Below the pieces are notes generated by a model. It was not told where the DNA came from. It saw only the letters and a program-made list of their open reading frames with translations, and did not search any database. A DNA stretch of 64,000 nucleotides, taken from sequence record MN445185.1. One strand, 5' to 3'. Shown one piece after another: positions 1 through 9,166 of this stretch. The position numbers and the translations under genes were made by a program. Position 1 is the stretch's first letter. The number at the start of each line of letters is the position of its first letter. This stretch comes from Escherichia phage vB_EcoM_EC001.

Positions 1-260
1 AAATCTTTGTTACCCTCGGTATCGAACGTCCAAAATCAACAGCTTATCCGGTATCGGTTGCCAGTGTGATTCAGGAACTGGGCAAAATGCAGGAGCAGAC
101 TGTCGAAGTGAAAATCGACGAAGAGCAAATGCAGATTGTTGCGCAGGTACAGAAAACTCTGAACCTGGATAAACTGTACGCTGAAATCCGCAAGCTGCCG
201 AAAAAGAAACGTACTGCTGCCACAATCAAAGCAATGGTCCGCGACATCATCGGCAAATAA
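1..260 (+). CDS. hypothetical protein, 5'-truncated by window edge (frame open from position 3; track ORF starts at GTG 66)
   Basis: No in-frame stop between position 3 and 260; followed by strong terminator hairpin. Confidence 0.45.
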   Translation, partial: IFVTLGIERPKSTAYPVSVASVIQELGKMQEQTVEVKIDEEQMQIVAQVQKTLNLDKLYAEIRKLPKKKRTAATIKAMVRDIIGK

Positions 261-280
261 TGCGATAAAAAATAAAAGCC

Positions 281-318
281 TACCTACTCCCTTGGGAGTA
301 GGTAGTTCTTTTTTTCTT
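281..318. terminator. bidirectional rho-independent terminator
   Basis: Perfect 12-bp stem CTACCTACTCCC/GGGAGTAGGTAG, TT loop, T-tract downstream and A-tract upstream; between convergent genes. Confidence 0.8.
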
Positions 319-941
319 TAATTTGTTAACCCGTTATCTTTCAGGATTTTCAACATCGCATCATTCAACGCCTGCAGTTCTTGATTCTGCTTAGTGAGTG
401 TTGCAACTTGTTCTGTCAGAGGAACCTGCTCACGGATTTTGGCTTTACGCACCGCTTCCATTTGCAAGTGTTCTTCTTCCGTCACCGTCCCTTCGTAATC
501 CATCGATGTGATGTCCACACGTGCATCGATTCCTAAACCGCGTTCTAAGATGCTTTTCAGGTCGTTCGTTAGCAGTGTGACATCGACGTATTCGGGTATT
601 AATGCCAGGTCAATAACCACCACATTGCGTCTATAATTTAACCCGTTCAGTCCAGGATACGTCTCAATGTACGTATCAGGCAACTCGTAGACTTGACCGT
701 CCCTCGACTTTAATGTTACAATCGAGGCTTCGACATTAGCGTCGCTGATATAGTCGTCACGAGTTAGGCCGACAGGTTTATAATACTTGTTATAAACGTC
801 AATATTATTACGTTGGAGTTTCGGAAAGTTCTGTACCGCGTCAACACGGTAAATCACTTTATCTGGCAACGTATAAGGTGCCTTAACCTTGAACAACCCC
901 TCAAGGTTAACCTGAGGCGTGTTAGGCAACAGTTGTGCCAT
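318..941 (-). CDS. hypothetical protein (207 aa)
   Basis: Long ORF co-oriented and adjacent to 952..2331; no recognisable motif. Confidence 0.6.
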   Translation of the reverse strand: MAQLLPNTPQVNLEGLFKVKAPYTLPDKVIYRVDAVQNFPKLQRNNIDVYNKYYKPVGLTRDDYISDANVEASIVTLKSRDGQVYELPDTYIETYPGLNGLNYRRNVVVIDLALIPEYVDVTLLTNDLKSILERGLGIDARVDITSMDYEGTVTEEEHLQMEAVRKAKIREQVPLTEQVATLTKQNQELQALNDAMLKILKDNGLTN

Positions 942-951
942 TTAACCCTCC

Positions 952-2331
952 TTAGGCTTTTGGCTCTGCCGCAGGAACATCCCAAATGGCCTTACGGGCC
1001 AAGACACGATATTCCACGTTATCGAATTCGAAGACGTAGAAGTAAACGTTAGGATCAACGTCGTCTACGAGCTTCACGATATCCAACGGGGTGGAGTGCG
1101 GATGGTACTCTTCGGCTGCAATTAACGCCTGGAAGAACAGATCCAACCACTCGGTGGTTTTCTTCGACATTCTCGCAATATCCGCATTATTAGTGCCGAT
1201 TAATGCGTAGTCAGGAATTGTGTCATGCAGGGTCGTTTTGCGTGAATCGTTTTCAGGGCCAGCGATAACCACGGCGTTCAACGATTTATAGATGGACGGT
1301 AAATCCGTTACATCGGTAGTTGGAATCGAGATCGCTCCACTATTTTTTTCCGTAATGGTTTGAACAGTCCACTCCCCAAATCGGGAGATTGCTTTGACCC
1401 AGAAATCATATGGGAGAATCGGCGAGTATAATGCCGCAACATCTTCCTCATTTGGAATCCCACGAATTGACCAACCGGGAACAATTGTGAACTTGGTGGT
1501 CGTAAAGATTTCTGGGAACACTTTGACACCCAACGCCACAGTAAAACTGGAGTTTGCCAAAATGTAATCACGTAACGCTTGTTTAATCCTGCTCGGGTTA
1601 CGACCCGCGCGTCCGTAGATGATAGCCGACATCGGTATCGGTAAGGTGGAGTCAAAGTCTTCCTGGTCGTGCCAAGTATAGATGTTAGTAATCAGGCTAG
1701 TGTACGGATAACCGTCAGCTAATTCGTTAATCTTATTATGGTGATCCGGAAGGTTGAACCCTTCCATTGCCTTTTCGACTACAGATTTCACAGCCAAGAA
1801 AGTATCAACCGGTAATATCGGCATTTGGACTTCAATTTCAAATCCAGTATAGTCCTGATTGAAATCTTCATCAGCAAACCAGAGAATAATCTGGTTATTT
1901 ACATCAGACGGGTCTTCGACTTTATCTGCTGTGGTTTCAAGTTTCCAACTGACCCAACGTGGGAACCAGTTACTGTTAGTCTGAATCATCGCGCCAGACT
2001 GAACACCGCTGATGACACTATTAAATTGCCCCAACAGCAAACGCTGGAATTCAACTTCGTCGTTTCTTAAGTTGCCCAGGATAGACTGTTGGTAGATCCA
2101 TTGGGAAACAGTAAGAACGTGGTCGCTAAAGACGGCCGGGGTCTTAATAGGCAACTCGTCACGTTTAGAAGTAAAAGCAACCAGTTCCACCTGCAGATTT
2201 TCTTTAGTAAAATACTGCTTGCTTTTAGCGAACGAATATGACAGCTCAGACAACTCACCTACCGGAGCGGTGTTGCCAGGGCCATTATCAATCAGAGCCG
2301 CTATTTGAATAAAGCCTTGTAAATCATACAT
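952..2331 (-). CDS. hypothetical protein (459 aa)
   Basis: Long ORF, ATG start; no recognisable catalytic motif. Confidence 0.65.
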   Translation of the reverse strand: MYDLQGFIQIAALIDNGPGNTAPVGELSELSYSFAKSKQYFTKENLQVELVAFTSKRDELPIKTPAVFSDHVLTVSQWIYQQSILGNLRNDEVEFQRLLLGQFNSVISGVQSGAMIQTNSNWFPRWVSWKLETTADKVEDPSDVNNQIILWFADEDFNQDYTGFEIEVQMPILPVDTFLAVKSVVEKAMEGFNLPDHHNKINELADGYPYTSLITNIYTWHDQEDFDSTLPIPMSAIIYGRAGRNPSRIKQALRDYILANSSFTVALGVKVFPEIFTTTKFTIVPGWSIRGIPNEEDVAALYSPILPYDFWVKAISRFGEWTVQTITEKNSGAISIPTTDVTDLPSIYKSLNAVVIAGPENDSRKTTLHDTIPDYALIGTNNADIARMSKKTTEWLDLFFQALIAAEEYHPHSTPLDIVKLVDDVDPNVYFYVFEFDNVEYRVLARKAIWDVPAAEPKA

Positions 2332-2349
2332 AATTAAAAACTCTCCGAG

Positions 2350-2865
2350 GTGAGCATGATAGCATCAGTTTTCAAACTGCTTCCATTCTTACAGATGCTG
2401 TGGGAAGCATTTAAACCGGGCGAGGGGGAGAAAGTAACACGAGCCGGGAAGATAGTGACACTAGTGATAGTGGCACTGGTCGCGTTCTCTGCATTTGTCT
2501 CATATGCCTATATTGTTCAATACCACACACTGGTTAGCGTCCAATCGCGTACTCAGTATCTGGAGATATCCTATAAGGAGCTAAAAGAGAAGTCCGATCA
2601 TGGCGAAGTGGAGAACAATAAGCTGTACGATCGTCTCTTCACATGCCTGGGTTCTCGATCGCCATATGATGGTACCAAATCTCCAACAGGGACAGGCACT
2701 GGGGCCGCGGTTCCGCCTGAAGAACTCAAGCCGGTAACACCACAGGCACCGTTAAATCCGTCTAGCCCGCCTGCCAAGAAACACCAGGCGGCTTCTCGCC
2801 CAGTGGGGTCGCAGGCGGCAAACGATTTCCGACAGGAGATTATCAAGACGCTTAATAATCCATGA
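2350..2865 (+). CDS. membrane-anchored protein (one TM helix, coiled-coil-like segment, Pro-rich C-terminus); possible i-spanin
   Basis: Hydrophobic segment KIVTLVIVALVAFSAFVSYAYIV; GTG at 2350 or ATG at 2356; SD-like site upstream; function is inference. Confidence 0.5.
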   Translation: MSMIASVFKLLPFLQMLWEAFKPGEGEKVTRAGKIVTLVIVALVAFSAFVSYAYIVQYHTLVSVQSRTQYLEISYKELKEKSDHGEVENNKLYDRLFTCLGSRSPYDGTKSPTGTGTGAAVPPEELKPVTPQAPLNPSSPPAKKHQAASRPVGSQAANDFRQEIIKTLNNP

Positions 2866-2874
2866 GGAGCATAC

Positions 2875-3354
2875 ATGAAGTTATTTTTGGTGGCGATACT
2901 GGTGCTATTGTTGACAGGATGCCCTGGGGTCATCCGTCACGTAGACCCAGATTACTCCTCAACCGGAGATTGGCCTTTTCGTCCTTTAGAACACCCACCA
3001 GTATATAACGGTGGGAACAGTCCTGAGGCGAAAAAGCTGGCAGGGAAAATGTTTGTTGCGGATGTGAACGCTTATGCTTATTACGTTTATCTGTACGCTA
3101 AGTCAGTAAACAACTATGCAGAAGCTAAAGGGTGGCACACCCCGATGACCGCACCGCTTTGTGAAGAGTTTATTCGCCCCACTCTTCATGGTATACCCTC
3201 CGGGATATATCTCGACCCTGGTTCTCGTAGCCCTCAAGACATTAGTCGTGATTTGTCACGACAGATTAAGTCTCTCATTCGCAGCTATCGCGAAGACAGA
3301 GAGTCTTTTAATCGTGCCTACGAACGGCACAAAAGTAGTTGCCTTGTGCAATGA
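2875..3354 (+). CDS. lipoprotein (159 aa); possible o-spanin or superinfection-exclusion lipoprotein
   Basis: N-terminus MKLFLVAILVLLLTGC is a signal peptide with lipobox L-T-G-C; GAGGAG SD 8 nt upstream. Confidence 0.6.
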   Translation: MKLFLVAILVLLLTGCPGVIRHVDPDYSSTGDWPFRPLEHPPVYNGGNSPEAKKLAGKMFVADVNAYAYYVYLYAKSVNNYAEAKGWHTPMTAPLCEEFIRPTLHGIPSGIYLDPGSRSPQDISRDLSRQIKSLIRSYREDRESFNRAYERHKSSCLVQ

Positions 3355-3358
3355 AAAC

Positions 3359-3397
3359 TCCCTCTTACCTTCGGGTAAGAGGGGATTTCCTTTTTTA
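3359..3397 (+). terminator. rho-independent terminator
   Basis: Stem TCCCTCTTACC/GGTAAGAGGGGA with TTCG loop followed by T-tract. Confidence 0.75.
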
Positions 3398-3442
3398 CGT
3401 TAATAGTCAATAGTGTGATATATAATCTCGTGGAGAGTTGAA

Positions 3443-4162
3443 ATGACCTATCCTAAAATTCTGCCTGTTTTAACGCCCACCGTTGTTGTTGGGACGGACT
3501 TAGAGACCCTGGCTTTACGTCCAGATGCCTACATCTTAACGTTGGCAAACGTGGCATTCGATGTTCCGACAATGAAAATGATCGGTTCATGTTACCACAA
3601 AATCGACCCCAATGATGCAAAAGCAAAAGAAATCTTCTACATCGATCCACAAACGGTCGGTTATTGGGAAGGTAAAGGCGACCCCGAATACGCACCGAGC
3701 GAGAAAGCACGTATTGAAGCGTTTTCTGGGACCACACCACTGCCAGAAGCACTGTGGGCGGCCAAAAAATGGTTGGATGATCTGGGCAACGTGAAAATGG
3801 TTATCACCATGCGCGGTCCCGATTTCGATGCTCCAATTCTGATGAACGCATTTGCACAGTGCGATATCCCGCCGGGCAAGTACCGCAAGTTTTCTATTTT
3901 GGACTCTGACCGGACTGCAGAACGTATTGCATATGCGTTTGGCTTGGAACCTAACTGGCACGCAGAAGCCCACCACTGGACCCGTGGCAAAGAAGCGTAC
4001 GAGCATAACGCTAACTTTGATGCTGCGAAGGAAGCGTATTCTACGGCACGCATCTATCATTTGGCCCTGGTCGCGCGTACGTACGGCTTCGAACGCATGT
4101 TAGAAGCCCACCGCGAAATGTGCACAGGTGAATACATTCCACCGCAGTTGCGAGGAGAATAA
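3443..4162 (+). CDS. DEDDh-family 3'-5' exonuclease (DnaQ-like), putative
   Basis: Exo I-like VVVGTDLETLAL, Exo II-like GPDFDAPIL, Exo III-like HNANFDAAKEAY; motif-level only. Confidence 0.5.
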   Translation: MTYPKILPVLTPTVVVGTDLETLALRPDAYILTLANVAFDVPTMKMIGSCYHKIDPNDAKAKEIFYIDPQTVGYWEGKGDPEYAPSEKARIEAFSGTTPLPEALWAAKKWLDDLGNVKMVITMRGPDFDAPILMNAFAQCDIPPGKYRKFSILDSDRTAERIAYAFGLEPNWHAEAHHWTRGKEAYEHNANFDAAKEAYSTARIYHLALVARTYGFERMLEAHREMCTGEYIPPQLRGE

Positions 4163-5676
4163 TGAAAGACGTCGACGTAGCGGTTATTTATACCGATGGT
4201 AGTCATACTGAGTCCCCGAAAGGTTCGGGGGCTGGTATTCATGGTTATTTATTCAACAACGGAGATTTGGAAGACAGTCAGGCTTATAGCCATCCGGGTG
4301 TTTCAGAACGGATTACCACTGTTGGATACAAAAAAGTGCCGCAGGATGTGAAGTGTCCGGAGTTGCCGGACACCGTTCAATTTGTCGACGCCGTTATTCC
4401 CGTTCCGAAAGAGTTCTACTCAGATGTGGGCGAGTTAATCGCCTTCATCACGTTGTTTGAGAACGCACCCTTCCGCGCGAAGAACTATATTATCTACGTG
4501 GATGCCAGTTATGTTGTAAACACTTTTAACGAGTGGATAGACGGCTGGCATAAACGTGGTTGGGTTCGTGCTGACGGTACTCCGCTGGCGAACAAAGAAC
4601 TTATTGTTCGTATCTGGGAAATCAAACAGCAGATGAAAAAAGAAGGACGGGGTGTTAAGGTTATCAAAATCAAAGGACACTCCGGCCACTACGGTAACGA
4701 CCGGGCGGACGAATTGGCTAGAAAAGGTTCAGCTATCACAGCGACCAACGACGGCGTTCCATATCAGCCGTACTGGTCGAAGGATGAGTTGCCTGCATCC
4801 GCGGAACCCGAGCCCATCGCCGCTGGGATGAACCTTGCGGCATATCCGCCGATTTGTACGGTTAAATATTGCTATCCGTTGGTGAACGAGGACCATCCTA
4901 CTGTAAAAGTGAAAGATGAAACTTTCTATTACATGTTTGGTGGCAACCATGCAAAGAACAAGGACGACTTGGTGTTTATTGGGAAAATGATTCCTGATGC
5001 ACACTTTTCCGTAATGTTCACTAAACAACCGTGGGATAACATCTACACGATTGTAAACAACCACGCCGCCCTGGCATGGAAAGATACACCGAAGATGCGG
5101 CAGTATGATCCAATCGGCGTTGTTAACAATGAGTTCGTTAAACGTAAGAAGTTCGTTGACGTGGCAGGTGATGGATTACCAGCAGACAAGATGCATTTCA
5201 GTGGAGAAGATTCCAACGTCTGGTTCTTTGAAGACCTGGCCATCTCCAGAATGCTTCGCCCACCCTTATTGTCGTACCGTGCGCTGGATATTCGTGACGA
5301 ACTCGCTACAACGTTGCGTGATGTTCTGCATCAGGAAAAGGGTTATGTCTTAAACGATATTACCGACTTGCTATTCGACGACAAAGGTAAACCTGTCAAG
5401 GAATACTACCGCAGCGTCGATAAGTCAATAACGTTAAAGATTGACTTTCCGATGGGTAAACGACCTGTCTCGGTTATTTTGACGCGTGGTATCGATATTC
5501 CATCGCGTACGGAAATCAACCGTATTAAAGAACCGGAAGGCCGTTATTACATCGCGGTGTGTCGTCCTGAAAAATACTACATCCGTTACTTCTTAATCTA
5601 TATCGGTAAAGAGTATCATGGGTTGTGGTGTGCGTATTACGCAAACCGTCGCATACTGCGAGAAGAAGAGGTGTAA
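4162..5676 (+). CDS. RNase HI-like domain fused to ~280-aa C-terminal domain of unknown function
   Basis: TDGS, GELIAFI, DASYVV, WIDGWHKRGW and KGHSGHYGNDRADELARKG match the E. coli RNase HI catalytic motifs (from memory); start overlaps upstream stop (TAATG). Confidence 0.7.
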   Translation: MKDVDVAVIYTDGSHTESPKGSGAGIHGYLFNNGDLEDSQAYSHPGVSERITTVGYKKVPQDVKCPELPDTVQFVDAVIPVPKEFYSDVGELIAFITLFENAPFRAKNYIIYVDASYVVNTFNEWIDGWHKRGWVRADGTPLANKELIVRIWEIKQQMKKEGRGVKVIKIKGHSGHYGNDRADELARKGSAITATNDGVPYQPYWSKDELPASAEPEPIAAGMNLAAYPPICTVKYCYPLVNEDHPTVKVKDETFYYMFGGNHAKNKDDLVFIGKMIPDAHFSVMFTKQPWDNIYTIVNNHAALAWKDTPKMRQYDPIGVVNNEFVKRKKFVDVAGDGLPADKMHFSGEDSNVWFFEDLAISRMLRPPLLSYRALDIRDELATTLRDVLHQEKGYVLNDITDLLFDDKGKPVKEYYRSVDKSITLKIDFPMGKRPVSVILTRGIDIPSRTEINRIKEPEGRYYIAVCRPEKYYIRYFLIYIGKEYHGLWCAYYANRRILREEEV

Positions 5677-5677
5677 C

Positions 5678-6418
5678 ATGTTGCGAGTCGTGAGTGAATC
5701 GCTCACGCTCCACACACAAAGTCTGATTAACTGTGTGGAGCAATACGGATGGATGTCATGGATGGCAACGAACCGTGAGTTCGGTGCTGCGCCCATGGAA
5801 GATTACGACGTGTTGTACAAGTGGGGATTTGAAGCGGCTTGTGATGTTGTGGCAGAGCTGGTTACTGAAACAATTGCGCGTTACAATGCAAGATGTGATG
5901 AACCGATGCCTAAACAAGTCCCGCCGCAAATACCTCCGCTACCGACAATCGATCGTGAGCAGTGTCGAATCTGGACAATGGAAGAGTTGTACGACGAACA
6001 CGTTAGAATGCTGAAACCGAACGAGCTAATAACCGGTGCGTTGAACTGGTTCTTACATCGTTTCTGGACAGAGTTGGTCGATGTGGCGGGTGACGAAGAT
6101 AATTGTTCTCAGGTTATTTGGTACGATCGAGCGATGTTTCATCGCAGTCTTAAAGATCGCAGTCTCTGCAACCTGTATATTGTTGACCCGTGTGAAGACA
6201 TTGTAAGGGTGGCAGAAGGTAACTCTTATTCGGACTTGGTGATGCCTGTGGTAGAAAAACCGATGGGTATTTTCCTGCAGGGAGACGCTTGGGTTTTAAC
6301 GGATGATATCTCGGGCTACCTGCTGGACCCGGATGACATTCACTCGGACGAACCTGACACCATCGAGTATTTTCACTTTACAGAACAGGCAGCACGCTTC
6401 TTGCATCTCTTAAAGTAA
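5678..6418 (+). CDS. hypothetical protein (246 aa)
   Basis: ATG at 5678 with SD GAAGAGG, 1 nt after upstream stop; track ORF from 5618 overlaps the preceding gene. Confidence 0.6.
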   Translation: MLRVVSESLTLHTQSLINCVEQYGWMSWMATNREFGAAPMEDYDVLYKWGFEAACDVVAELVTETIARYNARCDEPMPKQVPPQIPPLPTIDREQCRIWTMEELYDEHVRMLKPNELITGALNWFLHRFWTELVDVAGDEDNCSQVIWYDRAMFHRSLKDRSLCNLYIVDPCEDIVRVAEGNSYSDLVMPVVEKPMGIFLQGDAWVLTDDISGYLLDPDDIHSDEPDTIEYFHFTEQAARFLHLLK

Positions 6419-6420
6419 TC

Positions 6421-6442
6421 TGAGATAGATATTATCTACAGG
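6421..6442 (+). promoter_or_regulatory. candidate phage promoter, AT-rich motif family A (TGAGATAGATATTATCTACAGG)
   Basis: Intergenic, ~30 nt upstream of the 6472 start; shares CTSAGAYAKATATTAYCT core with sites at 14950 and 46607. Confidence 0.4.
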
Positions 6443-6471
6443 GACGTAACCTTAAGGAGAATTTATTCACG

Positions 6472-7206
6472 ATGCTTAAAGTCGAAGTGCCAGTGCTTTT
6501 AAACCTCACGCCCCAGTTCTTTGAAGCGTTGTTCGAAAAGCATTGGCCCGCGTTCGCGAAGAACGAACTAAAGGATAACCCACAGTGGTATCCTCTGCGC
6601 GATGAATTCAAGTATACAGCCATCAACGTCTGTATAGAAGTCTTCACTGCGTGGTTACAAGAGATGTACGACTGCATCAACACCGAACGGCTGTTCACGC
6701 TAGAACATGTAGAGATTAATGTTGTTGACGTCTACGAAGGTTACTCCTACGAAGAAGGCATTACTGCCACGGGGTTAAGCCAGCAAGACGTTGAAGAACA
6801 AATCTTTGCGTGGATCGAGTGGTTCACGGAAAAGTTGATGCTGGCTGATTTTGTCACGCAGGTGGAAGATGTATTCATCCCAATGTACGAGCGGTTAGCT
6901 GAGATACGTCGTAACCATCGACTGCTCGGTTACTGGTATGACACTTATACCACCTCCTCAACACTGTGGTCTTCCGCTACTGCCGCTTTTGGCATAACTG
7001 AAGGCGATTACGATGTCGTTCATTCTGGCCCTTGGCAGTACGGTTTCGGCACACTGTGGCACGAACTGACCGATGTCATGTGTCTGGACTTTTATCTCTG
7101 TGAAGGTAAGTTTTACACGGATAACTGCGTGAGCCAAATTCCGAATGGTGCGACGGTGGTGATGTGTCGCATCCGTAAAGAAGTCTCTAAGAAACTAAAC
7201 TACTGA
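6472..7206 (+). CDS. hypothetical acidic protein (244 aa)
   Basis: Long ORF with SD AAGGAGA upstream. Confidence 0.6.
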   Translation: MLKVEVPVLLNLTPQFFEALFEKHWPAFAKNELKDNPQWYPLRDEFKYTAINVCIEVFTAWLQEMYDCINTERLFTLEHVEINVVDVYEGYSYEEGITATGLSQQDVEEQIFAWIEWFTEKLMLADFVTQVEDVFIPMYERLAEIRRNHRLLGYWYDTYTTSSTLWSSATAAFGITEGDYDVVHSGPWQYGFGTLWHELTDVMCLDFYLCEGKFYTDNCVSQIPNGATVVMCRIRKEVSKKLNY

Positions 7207-7219
7207 AGGAGTATTTAAC

Positions 7220-7591
7220 ATGACGCAAGACGAATTTGAAACACTGGTTAAACAATACTTTAAAGAAGGGACTATTCTGTACATAGTCGCACCCGAGAGC
7301 GAAAACTGGTTGACGTTATCGTCGCGGGTAACCACCCTACGCGGCCCAGTTTCTCAAGAAATAAGACAGATGGCTCGTATAGTTCGAGATACCGCCATCC
7401 AGGGCGGTAAAGTCGTCAGCTTCTCCCACCTCTCTCCGATCGGCCACTCTAACTTAGAAACCGAAGTTGATGTGGTTGCAACCGTCGGTTTCGATTTAGA
7501 CGGCTCCCCAGGCACTAGCCTTGTTGCCATTAAGAAATGGCGTGGATACGATGCGATTCCATCGCCGGGGGTTTGGCCAGCTACCAGCTAA
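7220..7591 (+). CDS. hypothetical protein (123 aa)
   Basis: ORF with SD AAGGAG and TATTTAAC spacer before ATG. Confidence 0.55.
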   Translation: MTQDEFETLVKQYFKEGTILYIVAPESENWLTLSSRVTTLRGPVSQEIRQMARIVRDTAIQGGKVVSFSHLSPIGHSNLETEVDVVATVGFDLDGSPGTSLVAIKKWRGYDAIPSPGVWPATS

Positions 7592-7601
7592 TGGGGGCGG
7601 T

Positions 7602-8009
7602 ATGTTAAAGGTGTATAGCGAGTCATTGATGGACTTGCAAGAGTATCTAAAGCATGTGGAAATTAACGGCAACCGAGGAATGATATACTCCATGGTTGTC
7701 GAGATTTTAATTAAAATCGTGCTTGTTTCATTCCACGTGGCAGAAAATGGCACTGCTGTACCAGGCGATGTTTATAAAGGTGTTATTAAACATCTTAGCG
7801 ACCGCTACAGTTGTTTACGTGAACCGGATATCTTTAATGAGGTGCAACGTGTTGTGTTGCTTATCCTCGACAACCGTGGAGACTTGGCGTTCAAGCTTGC
7901 GCGTGAATTGGCAGACACGTCACAGCACGGTGGACAACTGAAATATAACGTTGTGGATCTCGTAGCGTGCAGATACTGGTATACGCAGCCCGAGTTAAGT
8001 AACTTTTAA
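7602..8009 (+). CDS. hypothetical protein (136 aa)
   Basis: ATG at 7602 just after upstream stop; track ORF from 7521 overlaps the preceding gene. Confidence 0.5.
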   Translation: MLKVYSESLMDLQEYLKHVEINGNRGMIYSMVVEILIKIVLVSFHVAENGTAVPGDVYKGVIKHLSDRYSCLREPDIFNEVQRVVLLILDNRGDLAFKLARELADTSQHGGQLKYNVVDLVACRYWYTQPELSNF

Positions 8010-8019
8010 GGAGCATTAG

Positions 8020-8559
8020 ATGCAAATCGTAATTGACTTCGCTCTGTCGGAGTCGAGACGTCAGCTAGATGAAATTCTGTTAGGATTAAAACGTGACGTG
8101 GAATTTGAACTTCACGATGCGTTGGCCGTCCACGAAAATCGTTTGTCTGACGAAATAGGTTCGGGTGTAGATGTGACTATCTGTGACACTGGGGATATGG
8201 TAAATCAGCTTATTGAACGTATGTTCACGCGGCTGCGTAACATTCTGAACTATCCCCATCGTTTTGAACTGGTAGAAGGGACGGACCAAATCACCGACTT
8301 ATTGAGTGAAGCCTTTGATAAGGTCGGTGAGTCTCTGGCGGGGTTACATCAAGAGAACCTGGGCGAGACATACGTTGCTGTGGTCATTAACGGGCAATCA
8401 TCGAACGTCACGGACACGGTAACATGGTCTGATATCGTTGACCAGCCAATCATTGACAAAATCACCAAGTTGTATCGTGATGCGGAAATGAAGGTGCTGG
8501 CTATCTGTCGTCGTGAACTACTGTATCTCGGCGAGAAATATGGGAAACCTGCTGAATGA
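8020..8559 (+). CDS. hypothetical protein (179 aa)
   Basis: ORF with SD AAGGAG upstream. Confidence 0.6.
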   Translation: MQIVIDFALSESRRQLDEILLGLKRDVEFELHDALAVHENRLSDEIGSGVDVTICDTGDMVNQLIERMFTRLRNILNYPHRFELVEGTDQITDLLSEAFDKVGESLAGLHQENLGETYVAVVINGQSSNVTDTVTWSDIVDQPIIDKITKLYRDAEMKVLAICRRELLYLGEKYGKPAE

Positions 8560-9098
8560 AAATATTCATTGATTTACTCGATGACGAATTTCGCGAAATA
8601 TTTCCAGCGGCGTTGTTCGAGTTTAAACGCAAGTGTGAAGACTATCTAATACCGAAGAATATCGATCGTCAGCACCTCGCCGGGCTTATCTCTGCGGCGT
8701 ACGTCAACATCGCGGTAAATGAAGTTCATCAACTCGCCCAGCGTATTGCGTGTTTCGAATACAACGACGAAGACATTGAAGACGGCTTCCTGCAGTCTAA
8801 GATGGGTCGCTTCTCACTCGAACTCAAGACCGATGAAGTTATTGATAAGGTCGGTAAAGCGTTTGATGAAATGAAAGACATCGAAATGATGATTAAAATG
8901 TCTGGACCGGAAGCTGGGCCGTTGAAAGAAGCGTGGGAAAATCTCAACCGCGAAGGGTATAAAAAGATGTATATGGAGGAGTTCACCACTATGCTACGTC
9001 ATCTCGAAGCGCAGATCTGGGAGCATATCGTTTCACGTCTGAAAGAAATACTGATTGTGGTCGAACCAATGCAGCCCATCACTATTGGCAATTTCTAG
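8556..9098 (+). CDS. hypothetical protein (180 aa)
   Basis: ATGA start/stop overlap with upstream gene (translational coupling). Confidence 0.6.
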   Translation: MKIFIDLLDDEFREIFPAALFEFKRKCEDYLIPKNIDRQHLAGLISAAYVNIAVNEVHQLAQRIACFEYNDEDIEDGFLQSKMGRFSLELKTDEVIDKVGKAFDEMKDIEMMIKMSGPEAGPLKEAWENLNREGYKKMYMEEFTTMLRHLEAQIWEHIVSRLKEILIVVEPMQPITIGNF

Positions 9099-9102
9099 TT
9101 AA

Positions 9103-9135
9103 ACGGACACTCTTCGGGGTGTCCGTAGTTTTATT
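9103..9135 (+). terminator. rho-independent terminator
   Basis: Hairpin ACGGACAC..GTGTCCGT followed by T-rich tract. Confidence 0.65.
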
Positions 9136-9149
9136 TTAATCGACCATTA
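9136..9149 (+). promoter_or_regulatory. conserved 14-mer TTAATCGACCATTA (motif family B), candidate phage promoter or 5' leader element
   Basis: Exact 14-mer 17 nt upstream of ATG 9167; identical copies at 46667 and 47536, each 17-19 nt before a start codon. Confidence 0.45.
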
Positions 9150-9166
9150 ATCTAAAGGAGTATTAA

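Noticed and set aside
9136-9149. Interpreting TTAATCGACCATTA as a T7-type single-subunit RNAP promoter
   Set aside because: Resemblance to TAATACGACTCACTATA is partial and no single-subunit RNAP gene is visible in this window; kept only as a generic candidate promoter.
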